DNA of 64,000 nucleotides, taken from assembly GCA_021773555.1 (NCBI GenBank), contig JAJFKA010000030.1:100435-164434 (forward strand), given 5' to 3'. The notes beneath the pieces are model-generated. The model was given only the letters and a program-made list of their open reading frames with translations. It ran no database searches and was not told the DNA's origin. The stretch comes from Gammaproteobacteria bacterium. GTDB lineage: Bacteria; Pseudomonadota; Gammaproteobacteria; Pseudomonadales; Azotimanducaceae. How positions within the stretch are numbered: the stretch's first letter is position 1; each line of letters begins with the position of its first letter. Made by a program: the position numbers and the translations under genes. Positions 1 to 9,445 of the stretch are shown in pieces.

Positions 1-225
1 GCGGCTTCAGATGCACCCAGATGGCACTTGAAAGAGAACGGAGTACTTGCGCTGGAAACAGGCTTTTCCACCAGTATCGCTACAGAACTCGCGCAACGAG
101 GACACACACTGGAACTCGACAACCCGGAACATCTGTTTGGTGGTGCGCAACTCATTTACAGGTTGCCGGAGGGCTATTGCGGTGGTTCAGATCATCGCAA
201 GGAAGGGATGGTCGCGGGTTATTAA
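1..225 (+). CDS. ggt: gamma-glutamyltransferase, C-terminal fragment (5' end lies outside the window)
   Basis: Frame 1 is open from base 1 to the TAA at 223-225. The tail ...LIYRLPEGYCGGSDHRKEGMVAGY resembles the conserved C-terminus of GGT small subunits. Confidence 0.6.
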   Translation, partial: AASDAPRWHLKENGVLALETGFSTSIATELAQRGHTLELDNPEHLFGGAQLIYRLPEGYCGGSDHRKEGMVAGY

Positions 226-311
226 TCACAAGGTGGCGAGGCTGCGAGTTGACAAGGCTGTTGATTGACAGGATTGTGGATTGACGAGCGCTCGGGATTC
301 TCGCGCCGGGG

Positions 312-1511
312 TCATTCCCCGTAGACACAAACCTTATTACGCCCTTCGGATTTAGCCCGATACAGCGCTTCATCGGAACGACTCAACAAATCCCTGGGTC
401 GATCCTGCTCCTCGGGCACAATGGACGCGACGCCAATGCTCACCGTAACATTTATTTTATGACCTTCCCCGGGGTAGCTCTGTCGAGCCAGCTTTTCTCT
501 TACCTGTTCTGCCAGGTGTCGGGCATTATTGGCTGATACATAGGGCAGTATCACCACAAATTCTTCACCGCCATAGCGCGCCACAACATCTGACGGCCGA
601 TTCAACATGCCGTTAATTTCCTGGGCTACCGCCTTGAGACAGGCATCGCCAGCAAGATGTCCATAGGTGTCATTCACTTTCTTAAAGTGATCGATATCCA
701 GTAGCAACAGCGAGACGTCATATTGCTGACGCAGCGCCCGACGCCATTCCTGATCATACATTTGATCGAAGTACTGACGATTACGTATCCCGGTCACCGG
801 GTCGATCGTGGTCACTTCCTTTAGCGTAGTGTGCGCTTCAGAGAGCTCTGACAATGCAGTTTCAAGTTCTCTGGTTCGATTGGTTACCTCGTCTTCCAGC
901 TCTATTTTCAGGCGGACCTGTTCGTCAAGCAGGTGTCGATTTTGCAATGCGACACAAGCAAGCGACGCCATTGCTTCAATCACTGGCTGGATAGCCGGAT
1001 CGAAGCAGGTCACTTCGCCGTTATCATCCAGTGCATTGAGCAACTGCAACACACCGAGCAAAGTGCCATTTCGAGTGATCATCGGCAGGGAAAGGAAAGA
1101 GGTTGAACGATACCCGGTCAGAGAATCGAACCGCCGCGTGCCCGTGAGGTCAAATTCCGTCGTTTCATAAACGTTGTCGATTCGGAGCGTCTTGCCTTCG
1201 ATGGCAGATCGGCTGACGATGTTGGCCATGTTTGGCGAACCATCCGGATTCTTTAAAGGCACTTCCGGAAGTGAAATCGGTTCACTGCTCACCCCACCCT
1301 GACAAATATTGAGAGAATCGTTCAGCACGATCGCAAATCGCAGGCTATCGGTATCAGTCTTCAGGTACAGGGAGCCCGCATCTGCATTCGCCAGGGACTT
1401 TGCCTCCCTTAGAATGCTGTCCAGCAGGCTCTCGGTATTCTCCTCGCCGGACAGTGCCAGCCCGATCTCAATTAATCGCTGGTAGGCATTACTTATCGAA
1501 GTGCTATTCAA
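312..1511 (-). CDS. GAF-domain diguanylate cyclase (GGDEF)
   Basis: GGEEF active-site motif preceded by an RPSD I-site (RxxD-N5-GGEEF). N-terminal GAF-like sensor region and a coiled-coil linker. Confidence 0.85.
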   Translation of the reverse strand: MNSTSISNAYQRLIEIGLALSGEENTESLLDSILREAKSLANADAGSLYLKTDTDSLRFAIVLNDSLNICQGGVSSEPISLPEVPLKNPDGSPNMANIVSRSAIEGKTLRIDNVYETTEFDLTGTRRFDSLTGYRSTSFLSLPMITRNGTLLGVLQLLNALDDNGEVTCFDPAIQPVIEAMASLACVALQNRHLLDEQVRLKIELEDEVTNRTRELETALSELSEAHTTLKEVTTIDPVTGIRNRQYFDQMYDQEWRRALRQQYDVSLLLLDIDHFKKVNDTYGHLAGDACLKAVAQEINGMLNRPSDVVARYGGEEFVVILPYVSANNARHLAEQVREKLARQSYPGEGHKINVTVSIGVASIVPEEQDRPRDLLSRSDEALYRAKSEGRNKVCVYGE

Positions 1512-1840
1512 AAATAATTCTCTACTGCGTCAGACACACGCGTGTATCACCATGCCACACTCATCATGACACCCCGAACTCGACTGCGCCAGATCACGCG
1601 GTTACCCGGCTATCAGCAGCATCAAGTGCTGACTTAGTCTCGCTTGCTAAACTACAAGCGAATTCCGTGCCATATGTTAACAAGATTGCGATGAACCTGT
1701 CATAACCGATTGTTTTACAGCAGTATTTTGCGCCTTTTCTGCAAACAAAACCGGCTTATCCACGCTGGCGGGGTCCACGGCGCAAGCACAATCTGACTCT
1801 CCGCGGCACCTTCTGTCCGTTCAATTCACAGGATCGAAGA

Positions 1841-3127
1841 TTATCGCGACAATAGCGCGAGGCTCAACGCAGGTACATAGGTAATCAACAACAGTGCAAC
1901 GAGTAGCACCAGCATAAACGGTATTGTCGCCCGATACAGTTCGGTGATTGATCGCTTGAAGCGGTAGCTGGCAATAAACAGGTTCATGCCAATGGGGGGC
2001 GTAAAGTATCCGATCTGCATGTTAGCCAGAAAAATAATTCCCAGATGCACCGGGTCGACCCCGAACTGCAGCGCCATTGGCACAATCAGCGGAATCATAA
2101 TGACAAGCGCAGAAAAAATATCGAGGATGGCGCCGAGCAGCAGTAGGATGACATTAAGCAGGATCAGGAAGGTCACCTTGGAAGATATATATTGCTGAAT
2201 CCATTCAAACAGTACTTGCGGTATCTCAGCGTCGATAAGGTAGTTGGTGAATGCCAGCGAAACACCAAGAATGAGCAGTATTCCCCCAACCATGATCATC
2301 GATTCACGGATGACCCTCGGAAGTGCTGTAAACTCAATTTCCCGGTGAATCACCACTTCCACTAGTAGCACATAGGTAGCCGTGACCGCTGCCGCTTCTG
2401 AAACTGCGAAGTATCCTGAGTAGATACCACCAAGTACGATGATCGGTAGTGGTATTTCCCAGCGCATTGCCCACAGCGCTTCACTGACCTCCACGCGATT
2501 GAATTTGCCGCGCTCAATCGGCTGGTGCCGTGTTGCCCAGATACTATAGAGCGTCAACAGCGCGATCATCAGCAACGCGGGTAAAACACCTGCGATAAAA
2601 AGTTCCTGAATGGTAAATGGATTTGGCAAATCCATCTGCTGAACGATCACGCCGTAGAGGATCAACGGTAACGATGGCGCAAGCAGCAGGCCGAGACTGC
2701 CCGAAGTTGTCACCAGACCGAGGGAGAATTTCTCGTGATAGCCCGCATGCACCAGAGCGGGAAACAAAAGCGCGCCAACTGCGACAATGGTAACTCCTGA
2801 CGCGCCGGTGAATGCTGTAAAAAAAGCGCAGGTGACAAACGCAACGATTGCCAGTCCACCGGGCAACCAACCCAGGAGAACCCGGGTCAGACGAACCAGC
2901 CGCGTAGACAACTGGCTTTCAGCGAGTATATAACCCGATACAGTGAACAGTGGCAGCGCCAGTAACAACGGCGTATCCACCAGCCGGTAAATTTCTATGG
3001 CGATGACGGTGAACGGCACATCGACATAATAAAATCCCGTCATCGCCGCCGCCAGGATGACCACGAACAGCGGTGCGCCCGCAACTGCCAACAGAACCAG
3101 GAGCGCTACCAGGGAGATCACCATCAA
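1841..3127 (-). CDS. dctM: TRAP transporter large permease (DctM family)
   Basis: 428-aa polytopic membrane protein with typical DctM length and sequence character. Its start overlaps the stop of the small permease by 4 nt. Confidence 0.9.
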   Translation of the reverse strand: MMVISLVALLVLLAVAGAPLFVVILAAAMTGFYYVDVPFTVIAIEIYRLVDTPLLLALPLFTVSGYILAESQLSTRLVRLTRVLLGWLPGGLAIVAFVTCAFFTAFTGASGVTIVAVGALLFPALVHAGYHEKFSLGLVTTSGSLGLLLAPSLPLILYGVIVQQMDLPNPFTIQELFIAGVLPALLMIALLTLYSIWATRHQPIERGKFNRVEVSEALWAMRWEIPLPIIVLGGIYSGYFAVSEAAAVTATYVLLVEVVIHREIEFTALPRVIRESMIMVGGILLILGVSLAFTNYLIDAEIPQVLFEWIQQYISSKVTFLILLNVILLLLGAILDIFSALVIMIPLIVPMALQFGVDPVHLGIIFLANMQIGYFTPPIGMNLFIASYRFKRSITELYRATIPFMLVLLVALLLITYVPALSLALLSR

Positions 3128-3627
3128 CCCGCCCTCAGGCGAATCGCAATATTGGCAAAGAATCGCAACGCCATCACGCTAAAACCGAACGGCAGAATCA
3201 CCTGTGTCAGCCAGACGGGGACGATGCCAAAGGCAATTGTGTTGTCCTCGAATTCGAGTCTTATCAGTTCCATTGAGTACCAGGCGACAACGCCACAGAT
3301 AGCGCCGGCAAACAGGTCAGTCAACAGTGCCAGCAATACCTGCATATTAGGGGGTAAAAACCTGGAGACTGCATCAATGCTGATATGATTAGACTCTCTC
3401 GTTGCCACCATCGCCCCGAGTATCGCGATCCACAGAACAAGGACGCGGAGGAACGAATCTGCCCAGATGAATCCAGTGTCCAGCAGGTTCCTGAGCACGA
3501 TTTGCATCAACGCAATACCCAGCATCAACAGCAGTGCCAACACCAGGGTCGCATCCTCCAGCCGCCGTCCCCCGCGAACCAACCGCATTATCATGACGAG
3601 CAACTTATTCCGATGACCCGAGGTCAC
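3124..3627 (-). CDS. dctQ: TRAP transporter small permease (DctQ family)
   Basis: About 160-aa protein with 4 TM segments between the SBP and DctM genes. The longest ORF overlaps the SBP stop by 23 nt, so the ATG at 3594 (MIMRLV...) is the more likely start. Confidence 0.8.
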   Translation of the reverse strand: MTSGHRNKLLVMIMRLVRGGRRLEDATLVLALLLMLGIALMQIVLRNLLDTGFIWADSFLRVLVLWIAILGAMVATRESNHISIDAVSRFLPPNMQVLLALLTDLFAGAICGVVAWYSMELIRLEFEDNTIAFGIVPVWLTQVILPFGFSVMALRFFANIAIRLRAG

Positions 3628-4639
3628 CCGAAACAGAATGTTGACGAAATTCCTCGAGATAGGTCTGGTACAGGTCGAGCGATTCCGGAGTTATCTGACC
3701 GCTTTGCAGCAATCCCTGAATTGATTCGCTGGCAACACCGTGCCACGCGGGCATATCCGCCTGGGCCGGTGACGTGACCTTGATGCCCTGATTGATAAGG
3801 GCTGCGTACGCCTTCTCGTTGTCAATTCGGTTTTCCGCATCAACCTCCGCAAACATCCCGTTCATGACCTCCAGTAGAATCGCCTGGTCTTCGTCGTTAA
3901 TACGATCAAAGGATTTTTTGTCCAGGGCAGCCATTGAATAGATATAGGCGAGCGGTAGATCCAACAGATAGTCCACATGATTGTGCCACTGCAGTGCGAG
4001 TGCGACGATGGGCGGCACAGCCACAGCGTTTATCAGCCCGGTTTGCAATCCAGCCAGGACATCGGTAATGCTCAGTGGAATCGGGCTGACACCGAACGAC
4101 TTGATCAGATCTGCAGAAATGGGATCGCCGTCAGGTACCCACGCCTTTAGTTTTTTGAGGTCGGCGACAGATGTGACAGGTTCTTTGGACAGCAAATAGG
4201 CAAATCCTGTTTCTGTCAGCGCAAAACTCTGGATGCCGCCACTACCCAGACCCTCGATGATCCGGTCATCCATTCGTTGACGCACAAAGTCCACTTCAGC
4301 GAAGGACTTGAATTGCAACGGCAGGTTGTAAATCTGCAGATCCGGATAAAAACGGGTCAGAGAACCCGCTGCAAATCCACCACCCTGTAGCTGCCCGATT
4401 CTGATTTTACGCAACACCGTATAATCGTCACCCTGAACACCACCGGGGTAGATTTTGATTTTTACCCGTCCTTCAGTTCTGCCATCAATCACCTTGACCG
4501 CGGCGCGAAGCTTCTTCATCCATGAGAGTCCGTCAGGCGAAATGGTCGCGATCTTGAAGGTCTTGGCCTGCGCTGTCAGGGAAAACAAACACAAGGTGGC
4601 TAAGACGATGATTAAAATTCTGCTTCTACACAACATCAC
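3605..4639 (-). CDS. dctP: TRAP transporter substrate-binding protein (DctP/TatP-like)
   Basis: Signal peptide (LFSLTAQA-K), about 320-aa periplasmic domain, and position ahead of dctQM. Confidence 0.85.
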   Translation of the reverse strand: MMLCRSRILIIVLATLCLFSLTAQAKTFKIATISPDGLSWMKKLRAAVKVIDGRTEGRVKIKIYPGGVQGDDYTVLRKIRIGQLQGGGFAAGSLTRFYPDLQIYNLPLQFKSFAEVDFVRQRMDDRIIEGLGSGGIQSFALTETGFAYLLSKEPVTSVADLKKLKAWVPDGDPISADLIKSFGVSPIPLSITDVLAGLQTGLINAVAVPPIVALALQWHNHVDYLLDLPLAYIYSMAALDKKSFDRINDEDQAILLEVMNGMFAEVDAENRIDNEKAYAALINQGIKVTSPAQADMPAWHGVASESIQGLLQSGQITPESLDLYQTYLEEFRQHSVSGDLGSSE

Positions 4640-4780
4640 AAACTTCCCGAATCATTCAATAATTGGCGTATGCAAGCCTCAGAACAGCTCACATCCATAA
4701 ACGTAAAACCTCTGCATCGCGCGTTTGACTTGCCTGGACGTCACGCGGCTGAGCAAACCGGACCATCACCAGGGGCTTTG

Positions 4781-5686
4781 TCAAAAATACTCAACTGATT
4801 CCGCGAGTAACTTAACCGCTCGTTCCTGGGCGATCAGATTGATCAGAGTAAGCCCTTCACTCACCGGATCTGCAGCCAGTACCTCGGATAACAGCCGATC
4901 ATGCAGCGTCTGATCAAATACCAGCCGGGCATACTGCTGAGCGAAGATAACCTTGGTCATCAAATATTTCTCATTGGACAGCCGAAGCGCGGTTTCAAAA
5001 TGGACTCTGCCTTTCTCCGGCTTACCCCCCATGGACGCAGGGAACAAGGTTTCCAATCCTCCCATATACAGATGAGGCCCGCCATTTTCGTAGCCCTCAT
5101 TCAGTTCAATAATGCGTTCCATCAGCAACTTGACTCTGGCGAGCTCAGCAATTGCGCCCCAGTCATCGGTACTAGCCTGTATCCAGCCTGCCCAGGCAAC
5201 CCCGATCGCATAGGCAACCGGAACTTGATTTGTACCCAACTGCGAAACCACTTTCTCATACTCCTCAAACTCCAGGGCACGCATCCCGCACAGGGATTTT
5301 TTCAATATACAACCAGCTGAGAAAGCATAGTTCAGTGACTTCCCGGTCATTTGCCTGGTCCGCTCACCCTCAGTGAACGAACTGAAGGCACCGTTCAGGG
5401 ATGACGCAGCAAGCAGCAGTTGGGGATCATCGGGGCTGGACCGCAAGAAACTGTCAATCAGCAACAAATAGGCAGGAACGCCTTCTCGCACGGTATCAAC
5501 ATCATCACTGTTAAGGATGGTACTGGATAGATCGTCGGCCATTTTCGTCGTGATGCCGGATACCAGACTCGCGCAGCCTGTAAGCATCCATGCCAGAAAT
5601 AAAATATTGACTAGTCGAAAAATAACCTGTGCTCCGTCATTCAGGAATAAAGGATTGTACCTTACTGGAATTAGCGACATCCACAC
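4781..5686 (-). CDS. TRAP-associated TatT-family helical-repeat lipoprotein
   Basis: Lipobox-like LTGC after a hydrophobic N-terminus. The all-helical body ends ...GGKPEKGRVHFETALRLSNEKYLMTKVIFAQQYARLV, as in TatT components. Sits immediately upstream of dctPQM. Confidence 0.7.
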   Translation of the reverse strand: MWMSLIPVRYNPLFLNDGAQVIFRLVNILFLAWMLTGCASLVSGITTKMADDLSSTILNSDDVDTVREGVPAYLLLIDSFLRSSPDDPQLLLAASSLNGAFSSFTEGERTRQMTGKSLNYAFSAGCILKKSLCGMRALEFEEYEKVVSQLGTNQVPVAYAIGVAWAGWIQASTDDWGAIAELARVKLLMERIIELNEGYENGGPHLYMGGLETLFPASMGGKPEKGRVHFETALRLSNEKYLMTKVIFAQQYARLVFDQTLHDRLLSEVLAADPVSEGLTLINLIAQERAVKLLAESVEYF

Positions 5687-5804
5687 TACTGTCCCCTGGA
5701 CCGCCCACAGGTCGATTCCATTACAAATCCATATGCGCTGGGCGATTCCTTTCCGACCCAGCGCAAGCTAGAATCCGCTCTGCCTCGAAAAGCCAGCCCT
5801 AAAT

Positions 5805-6548
5805 ATGATACGGAGTGTCACCAACCGTCTCGTTGCCATCCTGTTTATTGGTTTTGTATTCTTAACGTCTGCATTCCTGTTCCTGATAGCGCTCGTCATC
5901 TGGGCTTTGACAATCCTTGTTGACCGTCGGCTAAAACTACTACATCAATTCACCTGCTTCTGGGCCAGTCTTTACCTGTGGATTTTTCCCCCCTGGTCGG
6001 TGTCCGTTCACGGGCGAGAAAAAATCGACAAAGACAAGACTTACGTTATCGTCTCCAACCATCAGTCACTGGTGGACATCCTGGTCGCCTTTACCCTGTT
6101 TACCCACTTCAAGTGGGTATCAAAATCTGAACTGTTTAACATTCCGCTAATCGGCTGGAATATGGTGCTCAATCAATACGTCAGACTCGAACGGGGTAAG
6201 AACCACAGCATCAAGAAGATGTATAAGGCCTGCCAGAAACACCTGGAGCGCGGCAGCTCAATATTTCTGTTTCCTGAAGGAACTCGCTCCAATACCGGTG
6301 AAATGCGGCCATTTCGGGAAGGTGCTTTTGTGCTCGCTAAACGGCAACAGGTACCGATCCTGCCGCTGGTAATCCGTGGTTCGAAGGATGCACTGCCGAA
6401 AAGTAGCATGAATTTCCACGGTAAAACCCATGTGGACGTTTACGTTCTGGATGAAATTCCGCCAGAGAGCTTTGCAGAAACCAATCCCCGGGTCCTGGCG
6501 GGACAGGTTCGAGAGATTATCGCGGACGCTTTAACAGATCCGGGCTAG
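5805..6548 (+). CDS. 1-acyl-sn-glycerol-3-phosphate acyltransferase family (PlsC-like)
   Basis: N-terminal TM segment, NHQSLVD (HX4D) catalytic motif and FPEGTRS motif. Confidence 0.85.
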   Translation: MIRSVTNRLVAILFIGFVFLTSAFLFLIALVIWALTILVDRRLKLLHQFTCFWASLYLWIFPPWSVSVHGREKIDKDKTYVIVSNHQSLVDILVAFTLFTHFKWVSKSELFNIPLIGWNMVLNQYVRLERGKNHSIKKMYKACQKHLERGSSIFLFPEGTRSNTGEMRPFREGAFVLAKRQQVPILPLVIRGSKDALPKSSMNFHGKTHVDVYVLDEIPPESFAETNPRVLAGQVREIIADALTDPG

Positions 6549-7339
6549 TTGAATCTGCCTATACGGGTGATGCCATTGCAACTGGGAAACCGCGTACAAA
6601 CCCAAAAGCTCCTGCCTGCATTTTTACCTTTCACCGCCTTGCGCATGGTCATCTGGTTGCCACATTTAGGGCAATTGCGAGCCTGATTAGACGCAAGGAC
6701 AAGCGTTTGCCACTGCTCTAAAATTTCCGCGCGCGAAATATCCCGCACCAGCGGAAAATCCAGCAGGGGTTTTTCAATCTGGCGAAACAGGTCTTTAAGA
6801 AAGCCAAATTCCCGTTCAAATTCCATTCCAGCGCCACGAAGCTGGATACCACAAACCACGCTCAGGTCAGACGACTTGCAGACCAGCATAGAAATCCACT
6901 TACCGCGTAAAACCTTCTCGCCGGTTTTTTCACGCTCAATTCTGACAAACTCATTGACTGGTACCTTGACAAAGATAACGTACCTGCCGCCAACAACCTT
7001 CTGAAGGTTCTGGTAAAAGGATCGATATATCTCGTCAAACACATTCTTTTTCAGTTCGTACACAGATCCGAGAGGCTGTGATGATGAAGCCGCAGGCAGA
7101 TTGACAATATTGGAATTCGCGGTCACGAAGTTTTTTGCCTTGACTTCGATCGGATCGAGCGCTTTTTCTTTGTTAACTGTCTTGAAGGCTTCGAGAGCGG
7201 ACATGTCAGCTTCGAGAAAAGCTTCCATCTCACGTTTCCTGAGATATCGCAACAATATCACCACGAGTGTAGCGATCACGCAAAATGTTATGAATCCAAC
7301 CATGGACTCAGTATAGCAAAAACAAAGAATATCCCGCAT
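6545..7339 (-). CDS. membrane-anchored DUF2726-like (PD-(D/E)xK-fold) protein with C-terminal topoisomerase-type C4 zinc finger
   Basis: N-terminal TM (FITFCVIATLVVILL). Central block ISMLVCKSSDLSVVCGIQLRG...KPLLDFP resembles the DUF2726 core. C-terminus is CPKCGNQM...FWVCTRFPSCNG. Confidence 0.6.
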   Translation of the reverse strand: MRDILCFCYTESMVGFITFCVIATLVVILLRYLRKREMEAFLEADMSALEAFKTVNKEKALDPIEVKAKNFVTANSNIVNLPAASSSQPLGSVYELKKNVFDEIYRSFYQNLQKVVGGRYVIFVKVPVNEFVRIEREKTGEKVLRGKWISMLVCKSSDLSVVCGIQLRGAGMEFEREFGFLKDLFRQIEKPLLDFPLVRDISRAEILEQWQTLVLASNQARNCPKCGNQMTMRKAVKGKNAGRSFWVCTRFPSCNGITRIGRFN

Positions 7340-7365
7340 TCACATCCCTGCCATGAGGCATTAAT

Positions 7366-8196
7366 ATGGTGCATGCATTCAACAGAGACACCATTATGGG
7401 CAGCAGACTGGAAGGAAAGGTGGCGATCGTCACGGGTGCAGGACAAACGCCAGGCGAGACCATTGGTAACGGTCGAGCGACAGCCCTTTTGTTCGCTCGC
7501 GAAGGCGCCAGGGTGCTCATCGTTGATCGGGATATGGAATCAGCCGAGGAAACCGCCGTGATGATTCGGGCAGAAGGTGGCGAGTGCACAACGCTCAACG
7601 CCGATGTAACTTCCGAGACAGACTGTAGGGCGATCGCGGATACCTGTATAGACACCTATCATCAGATCGACATTCTCCAAAATAATGTCGGAATCGGATT
7701 CCGGGATGCGGGGATCACAAAGTTGCTGGAAGAAGACTGGGACAGGATTTTTAATGTTAATCTGAAGAGTATGTTCCTTACCTGCAAGCACGTGATTCCT
7801 CATATGCGCGAACGCAATGCAGGCGCCGTAACCAACATATCATCGGTTGCGGCCATCGCATCCACTGGCATGGTGGCTTATAAGACATCGAAAGCGGGGG
7901 TGATGGCGTTAACGCAAAACGTCGCCATGGGTAATGCCCGATTCGGAATTCGGGCCAATTGCATCCTACCGGGTTTGATGAACACCCCAATGGCAATCGA
8001 GGGTTACGCCAGGTCTCTCGGCCAGCCACGTGAGCAGGTCATTGCCGACCGTGACGCCCGGGTGCCGCTGAACAATCGGATGGGGACAGGCTGGGATGTT
8101 GCGTTTGCGAGCCTGTTTCTCGGTAGCGATGAAGCCAGGTTTATCACCGGCGTTAACCTGCCGGTCGATGGCGGCCAATCTATCCGAATAGGCTAA
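7366..8196 (+). CDS. SDR-family oxidoreductase
   Basis: TGAGQTPG Rossmann motif, NISS and YKTSK catalytic motifs. The ATG at 7396 is the more likely start. Confidence 0.85.
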   Translation: MVHAFNRDTIMGSRLEGKVAIVTGAGQTPGETIGNGRATALLFAREGARVLIVDRDMESAEETAVMIRAEGGECTTLNADVTSETDCRAIADTCIDTYHQIDILQNNVGIGFRDAGITKLLEEDWDRIFNVNLKSMFLTCKHVIPHMRERNAGAVTNISSVAAIASTGMVAYKTSKAGVMALTQNVAMGNARFGIRANCILPGLMNTPMAIEGYARSLGQPREQVIADRDARVPLNNRMGTGWDVAFASLFLGSDEARFITGVNLPVDGGQSIRIG

Positions 8197-8222
8197 CGCG
8201 CCCGGACCAGGAGACGCCAGTA

Positions 8223-8807
8223 TCAGCCCAGTAAATGAAAATGCTCATTTAACGTAATCACCGACTTCTCGCCGGTGCTGGCCGCTTTAAATCGATTGAT
8301 GCTGGTGTAGTCAGGATTGAAGAACATTCGCGGCTCAAAGCCAATCACGTGAGCCGCCCAGACATTGATTACGCCACCGTGGCAGGTGATGGCAACCCGC
8401 TTGCCACTGTTTTCGGAGACTATCTTTCCGATGGTTTCGACCACATCATTGCAGAACCGGGGGAAATCAATGTCATCCATCTCGCCGTTCATCAGCTTTT
8501 TCCAACGGTCGTAGTCCAGTTCTTTCAGTTGCTCCACAGGGATGTAGTGGCCAGCCTGCTGGTCATATTCAGCGACCCCGTCACGAATCTCAATATCCAG
8601 ATTCTTCATAGTGGCTAGCGGTTGAGCCGTTTGAAAAGCACGATTCATCGGGCTTGAATACAATCGGTCGATTTGCATATCCTTCAACCAGTCAGCGACC
8701 TTTTCTGCCTGTACCATGCCAATGTCAGACAGGGGCGGGTCCGCAGGTGAACCGTCCTCGTTAATCACTTTTTCAGGTAATCCGTGTCTAATCAGGACCA
8801 GTTCCAT
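8223..8807 (-). CDS. histidine phosphatase family protein (phosphoglycerate-mutase-like)
   Basis: LIRHG catalytic motif at the N-terminus and a CHGG motif in the C-terminal part. Confidence 0.8.
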   Translation of the reverse strand: MELVLIRHGLPEKVINEDGSPADPPLSDIGMVQAEKVADWLKDMQIDRLYSSPMNRAFQTAQPLATMKNLDIEIRDGVAEYDQQAGHYIPVEQLKELDYDRWKKLMNGEMDDIDFPRFCNDVVETIGKIVSENSGKRVAITCHGGVINVWAAHVIGFEPRMFFNPDYTSINRFKAASTGEKSVITLNEHFHLLG

Positions 8808-8943
8808 ATCACCTCACAATTGCTTAAGTTTTTTCGAGTATAGCAATAGATTTAGCCATTTCCGCGCTGATTCACAGGGCCGCCCGAAGATCAGCCTGGT
8901 GAGTTAAGCGGTTGTATGGCGATTAACCGAAATGGTGGGTAAA

Positions 8944-8978
8944 CAAAAAACCTGCAGCGGCTGAAGATCAGCCGGCAG
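8944..8978 (-). terminator. intrinsic terminator of exbD-like gene
   Basis: On the minus strand an 11-bp bulged stem (CTGCCGGCTGA / TCAGCCGCTGCAG) overlaps the stop codon and is followed by GTTTTTTG. Confidence 0.5.
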
Positions 8979-9375
8979 CGATAGAGACGTTATAGACATT
9001 CGCCTGGCGAGCTGAATCCATGACGTGAATCAGGGTTTCGGTGGTGCTGTCCGGGTGTGGCTGGACAACCACGGGTGCCTCAGGATTCTCAGCGTGCAGA
9101 CGCTCGATGTTCGCACGCACAGCGCGGAAATCGACATCTCTGCCGCGAATTCTAATTCTGTCGCGATTAGTAATCTGGACAACGATACTTTGTTTGTCGG
9201 CATCTTTAACATTCTGGTTTTTATCCGGGCTGTTAACATCCAGTCCAATTTCTTTGACAAAGGTTGCTGTCACGATGAAAAAAATCAGCATGATGAAAAC
9301 GACATCCAGCATCGGTGTTAGGTCGATTTCGCTGTTTTCTTCTCCCTGTGAATGGTTCACCCTTCGCATGGGCAT
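8968..9375 (-). CDS. exbD: ExbD/TolR-family biopolymer transport protein
   Basis: 135 aa with the signature EIDLTPMLDVVFIMLIFFIV TM segment and a periplasmic domain. Confidence 0.85.
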   Translation of the reverse strand: MPMRRVNHSQGEENSEIDLTPMLDVVFIMLIFFIVTATFVKEIGLDVNSPDKNQNVKDADKQSIVVQITNRDRIRIRGRDVDFRAVRANIERLHAENPEAPVVVQPHPDSTTETLIHVMDSARQANVYNVSIAAG

Positions 9376-9445
9376 CTCCTGACAACTGTATTGTTATTGT
9401 TTCTTTGAACGGCAAGAATACAGTGTCTCAGCAAAGGTTACAAAC

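Noticed and set aside
1536-1545. A perfect 10-bp palindrome ACACGCGTGT 25 nt upstream of the GGDEF gene start, as a possible operator.
   Set aside because: It is too short to be significant on its own. It has no second copy and no adjacent regulator gene.
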